This document shows, one piece after another, positions 1 through 12,403 of a DNA stretch of 64,000 nt; positions within the stretch are counted from its first letter, which is position 1; every line of letters starts with the position of its first letter. Below the pieces are notes generated by a model. The model did no database searches and had not been told where the DNA came from. It saw nothing but the letters and a program-made list of their open reading frames with translations. This DNA comes from Toensbergia leucococca (taxonomy: Eukaryota). The stretch covers positions 1 to 64,000 of the forward strand of contig JALDZS010000041.1 of the NCBI GenBank assembly GCA_022813965.1, written 5' to 3'. A program made the translations under genes and the position numbers.

Positions 1-174
1 AGAATCTGCAGATTTAGCTGTAATAAACTCTTAATATGTCTGAGAAATGCGTTAATAAAGCTTAAAAAGCACTGAAAACACAAAGCATAAGCACTCACTT
101 AATTATCAAGACTCTATATTACACTTCTTAATTTAAATATTTGATTACAGTGATTTAAGTCTTCATTCAGTTTA

Positions 175-837
175 TTTACTCTTATTGTATCTGATGCTCT
201 TAACTTGTTTAAAACTTATTTTACTTAGACATATACTACTCAATTTATCTAATAAGAAACATCTGTTAAAAGTAGTAAGAATTTTTATCTTAGAAGAAGC
301 TGAGATAATAACATAATAAACTTTAAGTAATCATGATGCAAAGATATAACACTTCTTAGAGACATGACTGATTCTTTCTTAATGCATCATAAAATTCTTA
401 AAGTCAAAAGTCTGACTGATCTCTTTTGCATGTCTCTTTATCTCATTCTATGATGATAAAAATTTATTCTTCTTCTTTAAAAATTTAAAAGAACTGTCAT
501 GTTTATTCTCAATTAAGTCACACATAAAAGGTAAAGAAATATAATAACAAGAGATAAGTTCTGACTTATTAAGAGAATCATATGTCTGAATCTCTGCTGT
601 TAATTGATAAACATGTTTAAGACTAGTTTTACTAAATTTCTTTTTATAATAATATTGAGTCTGATTCTTAGCATCACTTATAATCTCACTTAATGATTAT
701 ATGATATGCTTAGTCAGTAAAGATAAGATAATAATCTGACAGAATAAATAAGAAGGTTATAAACTGTAAGAAGGCTATATAATAAACTCTTATAAAACAA
801 TTGAGTTTGCTCATAATAAGACTTTCTTTTCACTCAT
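175..837 (-). pseudogene. Degraded reading frame inside the AT-rich block
   Basis: The minus frame 720->175 has only 4 stops in 182 codons despite the high AT content. The frame extends to an ATG at 837 with 4 more stops. All stops are explicable as single transitions (e.g. CAA>TAA, TGG>TAG, CGA>TGA). Confidence 0.5.
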
Positions 838-1026
838 ATAAAATGAGAGTAAAGGTTTTATTAAAATATTAGATAATAATAAGTCTAATAAGAAACTTAT
901 AATGTTGCTATAAATGTTAGCAATAAATAAACTTAATAATGTATAAAGAGATAATGTATCTTTAGTGTTGTAAATGTTGTCAAGAGAAAAAAAGAAAACA
1001 ATCCAGAAATATTATTTTATCTTAAA

Positions 1027-1061
1027 CTGTTTACTATTTACTGTTTACTATTTACTGTTTA
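1027..1061. repeat. Heptamer tandem repeat CT(G/A)TTTA x5
   Basis: ctgttta ctattta ctgttta ctattta ctgttta read directly. Confidence 0.9.
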
Positions 1062-2040
1062 TATTAACAATAATTTAGTCTTATTATTAAGGTATACAAT
1101 ATCAATATAATGTATTCACTATAATATCATCACTGAGATTATTTCTGATTTATCTCTAACATTAATAAATTACTGATGCAATCTTAGAAATAAGCAGGTG
1201 ATAGAAATATAATAAGTATTATTAATTCTTATTGTGATCATTTGATTTTCTCTGTAAGTAAATCTGATCTTTACAGTAATATAATGTCTTGACTGATAAT
1301 CACTGAAAAAGTTTTATTGAAAAAATTAATGAGTTTATTAGTTAAAGAAGTATATTGTGTCTGACTTATAGAACTATGATTGTCTGTAATTAAAGGCTGA
1401 CTAAAAAACACACAGATAGCTCTCAGCATGCTAAATCAGATCTTTAATTACTTGTAACTAATAAGCTTTTGCTTTCAATTACTTGCTTAAAGATCTTATA
1501 AAGATACTGTATTTACATTGAGATTCTACCTTCTTTTATATCTCACTCTTTTCTTACTCACTAAAGAATCAGTGTATAGAAGAAGAGATAATGTTATGAT
1601 ATTAATGACATACTAACAGATTTAGATTAATGTCTTAAACATGTTATTATATTAATACATCTGTGCATCACTTGTAAAACATTATTATTAAACTGTATCT
1701 ACTTAGACATTAATAACTCAGTTGTATCATGTTATAAGAATGTTATACATAAAATAAATAGTAACTTTATAATGATATAATGCAGATATAAGAGTGAGAC
1801 ACAGAGAGCTCAGCAGTACTTATATAATTCTTACACACTTATCTTGGTCTTATTTTTCTATGCATCTATTCTTTTAAATAAATAAAGACTATAGTTTATA
1901 ATAAAGCTAACTTCTTAGCTTTTAGTTTGAATACTATACTGACTATATAGCTATCAGTTATTTCTTCTATATATGTATTTACATTGTTTAGAACCCCTGA
2001 CTCAACTTCTTATTTAATATAATGTCTGAGTTATTATTAA

Positions 2041-2094
2041 GATAAAGGTAAGAATTCAAGTTTATCAGATAAAGATGAGAGTTCAAGTTCATTG
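2041..2094. repeat. 27-bp imperfect tandem duplication
   Basis: gataaaggtaagaattcaagtttatca vs gataaagatgagagttcaagttcattg; 6 differences, all transitions. Confidence 0.8.
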
Positions 2095-2648
2095 AGTAAG
2101 AGAAAATCAAAATTTCCAATAAAGAATTAAATGAAAATGTGATACAATATCAGAATGATTTCTTAGATAATAGATAATACACAATTAAAACTGATAATTA
2201 ACTTGCAAAGTAATAGAGAATTAAGGCAAGATGTAATATAAAATAATAGATTTTCTCTTAGTAATTTTGCATCTAAGCACTAGTAGAAAGAGAGAAAGGG
2301 AGGTGTTAATGTATTAAAAAGAAGTGTTTATACATCAGTAATCTTCTTTAAATAAAGCTTATTATTAAATAACATGCAATTAAAAAGACTATAATATGCA
2401 GAAGAGATTAAAAATCAGATGCAAATATAAATAGACATTATAATAATTTTCTATGCTACATTACACTCAGAGTGCATTATTATCTAATTGAGTAATAATA
2501 GGGGGGGTATTAAGTTATCAAAATATAGTGTCAGAATATTGAAACCCTAAATTAAAAGCTTATTTCAAAATAATAAACTCTAAACTAGCTTGAGAGTTTT
2601 ACTTCAATACAAGAAATAGAAAGAATTTTCCCCCTGATATTACTATTA

Positions 2649-3249
2649 ATGCAGTGTTTCATGAAGGTTTCTCTTCAAAACCTCAAACGCTATAGCAGCA
2701 AGAGTCTAGATTCATTAAATATGCATGGTCATCATATCATAATGTCTGAAGGACAGAATAAAGAAGAACTTCTTGAGAACTTAAGGCCACTACTTCAAAG
2801 CGAGGGTGGAAGGTGGATTCTAACATCAGATGGAAGGGGACTAGAAAGGACGTTTCACTTCAAGACTTTCAAGGCCACATGGGTGAGCCTACCTTCAAAC
2901 TCTGCCCCGTCATGATAACTAATGAGGGTTTATTACAGGGATTTATGAACGCGATTGCAGAGCAGTGCAACAAGGAACGCCATCATCCAGAGTGGTCAAA
3001 TGTATGATTTGGTAAGACTTCTAGGTCCCGTAGGATCGTTTACTGAAAGCGCAAGTCTAGGTCTATAACAAGACATATATTCGATGGACCACACATCGGC
3101 CGATAGGGCTATCTGCTAAGGATGTTAAGATGGCAGCAATGTGCGATGAGCATGCTCATACCAACGGAGAGATTGAGATGAAAGGGGACTCGTCCAGATC
3201 ATCCTTTGCGTCTACTGGAGATGACCTTGCGGATCGAACGCGAGGCTAA
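2649..3249 (+). CDS. Pterin-4-alpha-carbinolamine dehydratase (3 exons: 2649-2882, 2939-3001, 3061-3249)
   Basis: The spliced product has LERTFHFKTFKATW-GFMNAIA, HHPEWSNVYNK and RWTTH..GLSAKDVKMA motifs. Both introns are GT-AG. Confidence 0.9.
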
Positions 3250-3769
3250 GAAAGGCGTGTCGCCGAAACTGCTCCTGCAAGTCCTTGCAACTAGACATTA
3301 GAAGCTCTTTCAAGCTGGCTTTTACAAAAAGAAAATCCGTCCAAGTACGCGTGGGTCACTAATTGCAGTTGACAACGAACGAAGTCGAGATTTATATTAC
3401 GTATATTCTCAATCAGCATGGGACCACGCTGGCAGCCAATATTGAAGTTGAAATAACTGAATTATGCCTATGTCTAGTAGGTGAACGCAACATTAGAAGA
3501 AATTTCTATCAACAGTCTATCCCCAGCGTCGAGCGCTATGGTTCTTCGATGCAACGTTATATAACTCCTTCTACTCAAGTCTGCCTCCGGCGCCGGAGTG
3601 ATGCTTAATTGACCCGAGTCGGAACATGTTATGCCGAAAAAGGCATGGCCATTAATTGTTTTGTTCGCTATAAATGAGAGCAGTTCGAACGTTTTGAAAG
3701 ATCTACGTCGTGGGACTCGAATAGTTTATTCTATCGTTCGAGCAACAATGCATGGAGGACCGATGAACA

Positions 3770-4831
3770 TCAATGAATCTTGTTCGCCTCTTTAGCCAAA
3801 CGTCTTTCTCTTCTTTTCTTGGCAGCTTCAGGTCCCGACTCAGTATCGAATAGATAATCCCACCATCGGAAGCTGCTTGAGTAGTTCCCGATGAATCGCT
3901 CATGATGGATGTCGTGATGCTCAGCTCCTGCCCAGAAAGGCAAAAAGTTATGCAAGCTCCAAGGAAATTCGTAGCCGCTATGTGCATCGATTGCCTGGAA
4001 CAGCCTCAGAACAATCCAAATGTACATTGTCAGAATATGAAGATCTCCAGTGATGGCACACCAAAGAATTGGTGCACCAACGGTGCCAAGTCCAAGTATT
4101 AGGACTTCAACGGGTGAGGCGTATTCCGCGGCGAGGCCAAATGGTGCAGAGTACTGATGGTGGATTTTATGAATATTCTTGTAGAGAGGACCCCAATGGA
4201 GGGCGCGATGTGACCAATAATGCCATGTATCCTCGAGCACGAAGAAAACCGCAATTTGATATGCCATGATGAATACTGACGGGAACGGAACACCAGTGGC
4301 GAGTCCGAAATATTTGGCCATAGGGTGGAAGAGCCTGCCTAAGATGAGTTATATGTAAGGATATATATTCCGGAAAGCCATACCATATTTGAGGTAACTC
4401 GACAGTGAAGTGAGACAGAAGAACAAGCTTGGCGCAGCTCCATTGCTCCTGGGTGGTGGGAATTTTTTGCTGCCGTAAATGTTAGGAATGACACTGCAAA
4501 CAGTGATTGGTACAACAAACACTCTGGATCTTGTATTTATTGAAGTAAGGCATGCGGTCGATGATGATCCAAGGCAAAGATCGGCCGAAGTAAACAAGCT
4601 CGTGCATTACAAATGACATGATACCAGTAGCGAGAACGTCGTTCTGCAGGTAGGCATACCAAGCTGCCCATAGGCGCTCGAAGACGTTGAGATGTACATT
4701 GTACTTGGAGATCTCATCGAATTGGCCCCAATACGTCTCGGCCGGCGAGGAGAGAAGCGAAGAGGTCGTATTCCTATCAATATAAGAATCTAGCTAAATA
4801 CATTAACGAACGGGGAATTTGTTCCATACAT
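3770..4831 (-). CDS. ERG25: C-4 methylsterol oxidase (4 exons)
   Basis: His boxes [14 protein letters not shown] and HHDIHH. The upstream exon reads [24 protein letters not shown]. Confidence 0.95.
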
Positions 4832-5194
4832 GTCCAACACGATGCGACACACGGTAGAGATGAAGGTGAGTGTGATGCAGGATGAAGCTGTATCCAGAAT
4901 GGAGGAAATATCAATTTTCTGCCGGAAGATGGCAAATCCGAGATGTCAGGCAGGGGGTGGGCTAGAATAATCTTGATCCGGAAAGGGCGTACCCACGTGC
5001 CACCTCAGTCACATATTCTATTCTAGGCATAGCGCATTGTCCGTATCTTCGCTCGGTTCGTAACCAGAAGCAACCTTGAGCTTCATAGTCCCATCCCCCC
5101 CAAGAAATATGGCAGCAGCGGATGAGCAGCACGCCAAGCATGGCAGAACATGATCATTGATGCTGTAGCCACTTCCAAGGCTTGCAACTAGACT

Positions 5195-7383
5195 ATGTCA
5201 TTTGTAATAGAGTGAGTTGACTTTGGTTATGTGCACCACCTGGAGCCGTCTTAATCCGAAACCAGTCACATTCGTCAAGTTGATGGACAGCTCGATCGTC
5301 TCGAGTTCCTGGAATCATCCGCTGTTCCGGAATCACCAGAAACCAGGTCATTGGAAGATGACTCCAAGGTGTTCACTACCCACAGTGAAGAGGTCTTGGT
5401 TCGAATTGAACAGCTGCAAACGGCCGTCAAATCTGTATCTACGGCTTCCTCGTCGCGGTCATTGCTTCGACCCTCGACATTACTTGCTATCTTGGAGCAA
5501 GCGCAGCTTCGCAAGCTCTCTTTGGACACTAGCATTCAATCTCATCCGAAACCAAAGTCTGCCTGGGAGCGTGACCTAGAATGGTTGCTTGTTAGCAAAG
5601 CCACCACGCAGACTTATGGCCTCATTCTAAATATTCTATTGGAACAGACGATACCGTTGAGTAACGACATATGGTACTGGGACGAGGTTCTCGGCTCGAA
5701 CATATATACCGGGCTTTTTTCAGTTCAGACTTCACCATTACGCTTATGGCAATGGGCCAATGACATTTATTGTGATGCCCGGTCACGACTACAATTTGTG
5801 GGAAACGTCAGCGCAAATGACGCCCAAAGAACAAGATCACTCTCCGACCAATGGCGTCGTTTTTATGGACTTGTAAAGGATAGCATACGAGACCGCTCAC
5901 TAGTAGATATGCGCTCGAAAGTCATGTCTCCTATTACCTTGTGCCGCGCCGAAGCCGCAAGGAAGCAGAACCATCTCAAAAGGCTGCGTGAAATGACTGC
6001 CAGTGGACTAGGCGTTTTGATGGATGAAGGCTTGACCCTCGACGTTGGTGATCAAGGATCAATTATCTCGAAGAACTGCACTGATGAAATGGACAAAGAG
6101 GAATGGAAGAGTGTTGTGGCAAAAAGTGTTGTCTTATTAGAGACTGTCCTCCGCCATGTTACTGCACTTGAACTTGGCCCGAGCGAATTTGAAGACACCG
6201 TGTTCCTGAGCGTCGACGAAGATCCTGAGATTGGTCAGGATCACTCGACCGATGAGCAGGTATCCTCTAGACTTGCATCGCTTACCGGGCGTCTACAACA
6301 GATCCTCCAAGTGCACATGCCTACCCACGTGGCCCTGTCGAAGAAGCTGGCTGCAGAATACGGCAGACCTTCTCGCTTAGTCCGTTACTGGGTACTGCTA
6401 CTTGCAGTTTGTGTATTTTCGAGCACTCTACTTCGCGTATTCGTCAATCGCAAAGCAGAGATCTTGACCTGGGTTCATGACCTCGGAGAAACTACCATGG
6501 ACTTCTGGTATAATTGGGTAATAGAGCCGGTGAAAAAGATCGTTGGGACAATCCGCCACGATAAAGATAGTGAAGTCGCTATAATGAGTAAAGGAAGTCT
6601 AGCAGGCGATAGAGCCAGCCTGGAGAGGATGGTGGTAGACTTTGCCATGGACAATCCTAGCAGTTCGACTGGCGTAGCGCTTAGCGAAGCCGATATTGCG
6701 GACATTAGGGCTAAAGTCAAAGAGGGGGACTTAACGCCTGTTTTGAAGGCATATGAGAGAGATCTTAGGAAACCTTTCAGGGGTACTGTAAGAGGCGATC
6801 TTGCCCGCGCACTACTTATTCAAATACAGAAAACCAAGGTCGATGTTGAGGTTGCCATTTCAGGCATTGATGCTTTGCTTAAGAGCCAAGAGCTAGTTTT
6901 TGGGTATGCCCAAGAAGACTATGTCCTGTTGACCCTGGTCGCGCTGATTGTGTATAGGTTTGTTGGATTGACACCAGGGGTTTTGGTTTGCCTCGGGACT
7001 TTTCGCTGGCTCAGCGGTTTCCTTAGCGGTCGTGAAGGCAGAACAGAGGGCAAAAGGCAGGACCAGATGGTGCGAATATTACGGTTCGAGATCCAATGTT
7101 CTGATCGATGACCTCAATACGCTTACCTTGCCTCAGGAATATCGACCGCATATTGACAGCATCAACGCCATCCGATAACGGCATGCTATCGTACAGGGAC
7201 CACGGACTGCTACTGTGTGAGGTCCATGTATTCCGACAGAGAGCAATGCGAATATTGCCCGGAGATATAGGTCGTGAATTCTTGGAGGAAATTGATGAGT
7301 TGGTAAACATTAGGACTGGCATTATTCGACAGGTCAAAGTAGTTGAAAGAATACGTTGGGCGTACTCGAAGTGGCTACGGTGA
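5195..7383 (+). CDS. NCA2: Nuclear control of ATPase protein 2 (4 exons)
   Basis: Motifs include SLERMVVDFA and LLIQIQKTKVDVEVAISGIDALLKSQELVFG. The first exon is ATG TCA TTT GTA ATA GA|GTGAGT. Confidence 0.9.
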
Positions 7384-7921
7384 AAGTCAACGCGGAGGGT
7401 GCAATCCAGATTAGCGGCATATCAGTGGAGTTGAGAGTAGGACGATACGTACCTACTTAATGTAACAAGTATTACTGCCGGACTAAGGCATAACACCTTG
7501 TGCATTAAAAGGGGGAGACTCGCCGCCGAGGTGATTGACTGCTGCCATCAGCATAGACCTACATGATTCAATATAAAGATGCCTCACATATCATAAGTCG
7601 AATGAATCTTAAGTTGGGGGATCAAGATTCAGGAAAGATGATCCTAGCTTTCCCCTGCTCCCTAAGTCATGTACGATGAATGAAGCACTCGGCTAAACAT
7701 GTGAACCAATACAAAAAGTCGCTGATCATCATATTGTTACCTCTACTCACCGCAAAGCGTATTAAAGAGCGCAAAGTCAACTTGAGCTTAAGATTCCGCG
7801 ACTCAAGTCAGAGAAGAAGAAATCTCTGAGCAATAACTACGAATCTGCCCGATTTGGAGCTGACCTGTCGTCATCTAGAAGCCCTGGTGCTTCATACCAC
7901 CTCCCTCCCTTCAGCGAGATC

Positions 7922-8676
<755 letters not shown>

Positions 8677-9216
8677 ATGGCTGGAGCAAAGAGGTTCGGT
8701 TTGATAAGTTATGTCTAGGTGTTCCGAGGATTCAGGGGATACATCCAGGGCATCGCTTTCGTTGTGTAGCTTTACTGCGTGCAAAGCATATGGGCACCGG
8801 TTCTTTTCAAGTCGTTGTACAGCGGTCTCAAGAGCATTAGATTCTTGTAACTTCTCACGTCATTTCGCGGGTCGAGAACATTACGATGATAGGTAGTCCT
8901 CGGAGCCCTTGCTCTATTGAAATCAGAGTCTAACTGTGGAACCTGACGAGGACCCGGCTTCGAAGCCTGCATGTTTAAGAAACGCAGCTCTCCTCTCCCC
9001 TGCCTTTTGAGATCGCAAGAGTCTATACCCACCATTAATCTACATTACCTTCCAAGAAAGGCAGTGCAAATTGGTCATTGGGAGAGAGATCATAATTCGC
9101 TCGACGCAAATATGGCTCCAAATTTTTTTAAGCCATATACTTCCCGTTTCCTATGGCGCCACCGGCTCGGCCATGGTCCACGGTTCTGTGCAGGCTTCTG
9201 TGATGTATATGCATCG

Positions 9217-11493
9217 TTATGAAGGCTTTAGACCTCTCCCTGCCCAGATTTTATATCTCGTCGTCATCTCGGGCGTGACCAGCCGGGGTACCTCTGCTAA
9301 TGCTTCGTCAAAGTGTCTACGGCCCACCGGCTGAAACTCTCCAGACAGATCATATTCACGAAGAGCGGCATAACTAGCCCTCTGGCAGATGTTGATAATT
9401 TCGGCTCCAGAGTACCCTTCCGTACCATCTGTCAACGCAGCAGCATCGACATCGACACTGGTGGCCATTTTCCGCGTCCTAATTTCTAAAATCTCTCGTC
9501 TGGCCTCACAATCAGGTAATCCAATGTAAAGCAGATTGTCAAATCTTCCTGGACGAATTAATGCTGGATCCAGGATCTCAGGTTTATTCGTAGCTGCGAT
9601 AACAAAAACCCCTTTCAGGACCTCGAAGCCATCGAGCTCGGTCAGCAAAGTTGTGACTGTGTGTAGTCCGGCATGCCGGTTGGATGCCTCCGTAGATGCC
9701 CCAATGGCATCAATTTCATCAAAGAAGAGAATGCTCGGACTCGCAGCACGAGCTTTGGCGAAGACTTCGCGTACTGCACGCTCCGACTCCCCAACATACA
9801 TGTTCAAGAGCTCTGGGCCTTTTATAGAAATGAAATTAAGACCAGCTTCAGTTGCAAGGGCTTTGGCGGTCAACGTCTTCGAACAGCCAGGAGGCCCATA
9901 CAGTAACAGCGCCTTTGCCGGCTCAATCGCAAGTCGCTCCATTTCGATTGTGTACTGCCTTCGATTAATTTGGAGAATGTCTCCGCTGCCCAGGATTTGA
10001 GTCCATACCTTGAAAGGCCACTTTATAGCTTCTTCTAGTCTTCTTTTGATCTCATACTGTCCTCCAACATCACTCCATCTGACATTGGGTTTCTCAATGA
10101 ACACCTCTCGCATTGCCGTAGGCCGGACGTGGAGCAGTGCATCATTCCAATCTGATTCCACAGTTCTAGCTACGGTGGCTTTGTCTCCAACGGGGGTTGC
10201 ACCATATTTTGCACGTAAAATCGCATTTCGTACCGCCCAATGAAACAATTTCTTGAGATCAGCGCCAACATACCCATGAGTACGATCACTAAGCTTTTCT
10301 ATTTCCACTACGTCAGCGCCTTCTAGTAATCCCATATGAAGCTTCAGAATATCAGCACGGGCAATTAAATCCGGAACTGGGATCTCGATCTCGAGAGAAA
10401 ATCGTCCTGGACTTCTTAATGTTGGATCAATGTCTTTTATCGACTTTGTAGCTGCAAGCACAAGTACTCGGGCAACACCATCGCTCAGCCCATCGAGTTC
10501 CTTACGCAGGCTTTGCGCAATGTTGATGGATGAGGTCTCTTCACGTGAGGCTCCTCGACCAGCAACGAGCTCGAGATCGTCAATTATAATGACGCTAGGC
10601 TGATGTCTGTGGGCTTCTGCGAATACGCCACGTATCGCCATCTTCGAATGATAGTCACTGGTGTCTCCATCGATCATGAAAACTTTCTGCCATCCAGCGG
10701 CGGCAACCTTTTTTAAAAGCATACTCTTGCCTGTGCCTGGCGGACCGTGAAGGATTAAATTGCCCCAACGTGGCTGATAAGTAGCAGGAACTTCGACCTC
10801 GGGAGGTGAGTTGCTATATGCTGCTAAGTACTCATTCACATCCTTCACCTGCTTGCTAAGACCTCCAATTCCATCATCATTGATCTCTAAATGGCCCTTT
10901 CGGTGGGTAGTGATATCAACGTCCTCAGACGGGCCGGATCGAATTTCAATGTTGGATGTTGATTGGAATCGGTAGAGAGCCTTGATTTGACCTGAGTTGA
11001 TAGCGTCAACCTTGAAGGATCTTTTCTCGCCATTAGCCTCTAGATCATCAAAGACCATGCTGGGGCATAGAATATCTGCTTTCAAAAGGTGGTGCTTCAC
11101 ACTCCATGCCCAGTAGCCACGATCAGAATCATCAAGAGCCTTTGGAGAGAGCTTTGATTCTAGCGGCAGAATCTCGGAAAGCTCAACAGTCTGGATATTG
11201 GCAATGGAAGCATTGCACCGGGTGATGGAGATTTTGTCTCCAAGTCTGAAGCCGTAGAGACTTTGAAGGAATTTCGACATTTGCACCACGGAATCTTGGA
11301 TTTTTTCCGAGGCGGGCCATGCGATAGCAGGCAATGGGGAACCTTCAGGTAAGTGTACAAGGCAGGTGTGGCCTGCTTGGAGGTCATGTTCTAGCAGCGT
11401 TACGGGTGAAATGTAGATTCTGAAAGCATCTTTGAGGTCTGTTCTTGCCGGCTTGGACAAAGGCCGAACGCTGTAGAGTCTGTATTCAATCAT
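9217..11493 (-). CDS. AFG2: Double-AAA ATPase, AFG2/Drg1/SPATA5 family (in-frame intron 9955-10008)
   Basis: Two AAA modules. The second Walker A is GPPGCSKT, followed by GPELLNMYVGESERAVR, typical of Afg2. Confidence 0.8.
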   Translation of the reverse strand: MIEYRLYSVRPLSKPARTDLKDAFRIYISPVTLLEHDLQAGHTCLVHLPEGSPLPAIAWPASEKIQDSVVQMSKFLQSLYGFRLGDKISITRCNASIANIQTVELSEILPLESKLSPKALDDSDRGYWAWSVKHHLLKADILCPSMVFDDLEANGEKRSFKVDAINSGQIKALYRFQSTSNIEIRSGPSEDVDITTHRKGHLEINDDGIGGLSKQVKDVNEYLAAYSNSPPEVEVPATYQPRWGNLILHGPPGTGKSMLLKKVAAAGWQKVFMIDGDTSDYHSKMAIRGVFAEAHRHQPSVIIIDDLELVAGRGASREETSSINIAQSLRKELDGLSDGVARVLVLAATKSIKDIDPTLRSPGRFSLEIEIPVPDLIARADILKLHMGLLEGADVVEIEKLSDRTHGYVGADLKKLFHWAVRNAILRAKYGATPVGDKATVARTVESDWNDALLHVRPTAMREVFIEKPNVRWSDVGGQYEIKRRLEEAIKWPFKVWTQILGSGDILQINRRQYTIEMERLAIEPAKALLLYGPPGCSKTLTAKALATEAGLNFISIKGPELLNMYVGESERAVREVFAKARAASPSILFFDEIDAIGASTEASNRHAGLHTVTTLLTELDGFEVLKGVFVIAATNKPEILDPALIRPGRFDNLLYIGLPDCEARREILEIRTRKMATSVDVDAAALTDGTEGYSGAEIINICQRASYAALREYDLSGEFQPVGRRHFDEALAEVPRLVTPEMTTRYKIWAGRGLKPS

Positions 11494-12403
11494 TTTTGAT
11501 TCAGCCAATTTCTTCCGTTGGCCAGTCAGAGCAATTCGCAACTTGCAACAAGGAATGGCGCATGTCGATAATGGGTCTCAGCAAGATCTGTTACGATCTC
11601 TAGAACTTCTTTCCTATGATCATTGGCACATTTGAGGACTTGGTGACAAATTTCGACTTCTTCTGAGGCTCATTTACTGTGGAATGTTTCATGCAAAATC
11701 CTCGCGAATCGCTTGGCAAATTTCTGTTTGCAAGCCCGAGGACCCCACTGGTGTGTGATGAAGAATAGTAAATCAAGCTTGAATTCAGCATCCTATCAAG
11801 GCAGATTGAAGTGATTTATCGTGTGATTCTATTACAGCAAGAATTAATCAAATCTCCCGGGTGCTCATAGAATAATTATGATAAGATGAAGGAGTCTTGA
11901 TATTCTATTCGGACCTGTTCACAACACCATTAGAGTAACCTCATGGAATCTTTGATGATACACTACTGAAGATGTCTGATTGATTTCTGCTCTGATAGAA
12001 CCATATGATAAAGTACTACGATCTACTTCCATAGTATCTTTGACTTCAGCTTTTTTCACTGCTGCTTATAAAAGACCAATGGGTGTCTCGGTGTGAAGTA
12101 CGGAGTAAAAGGGTTGCCAAGTGATTTGCAAGGATTTCGCACAAGGTAGGGCTGACCTGCAAATATACACTTAAGCGGCACTAGGCGGTAAAAAAAATAG
12201 ACCTCTGACCTAGCCCTATAAGGCTGGCCGGTTTGGGGGTGACGCTAAATTGGAACTCGAGGACCGAGGGGAGCATTCTAGCGCTCAACAAGAGCTTCTT
12301 CGGAGGTTTACGGAGTACCTGGATTCCTCGAGTACGCCCATCTATCCCCCTCTATTTGCTAAATTCGACCGTATGCTACAACATTCCAACTAGCAAGCCA
12401 TTG

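Larger units (their letters stand above)
1..2640. mobile_element. AT-rich, heavily mutated repeat or gene relic (RIP/methylation-decayed); element family not identifiable
   Basis: Roughly three-quarters AT by eye, against balanced composition elsewhere. I found only one CpG (50-51), and CC/GG is scarce. There are no ORFs in the track, and composition shifts sharply at about 2650. Confidence 0.7.

Noticed and set aside
2545..2550. CCCTAA and G/C runs near the end of the AT-rich block as a telomere or TIR
   Set aside because: Single hexamer only. No matching inverted terminus is visible in the window.
9955..10008. Odd peptide inserts in ORF-track proteins (AFG2, NCA2, VNX1, ATR)
   Set aside because: These are stop-free introns with GT, branch and AG signals whose lengths are multiples of 3.
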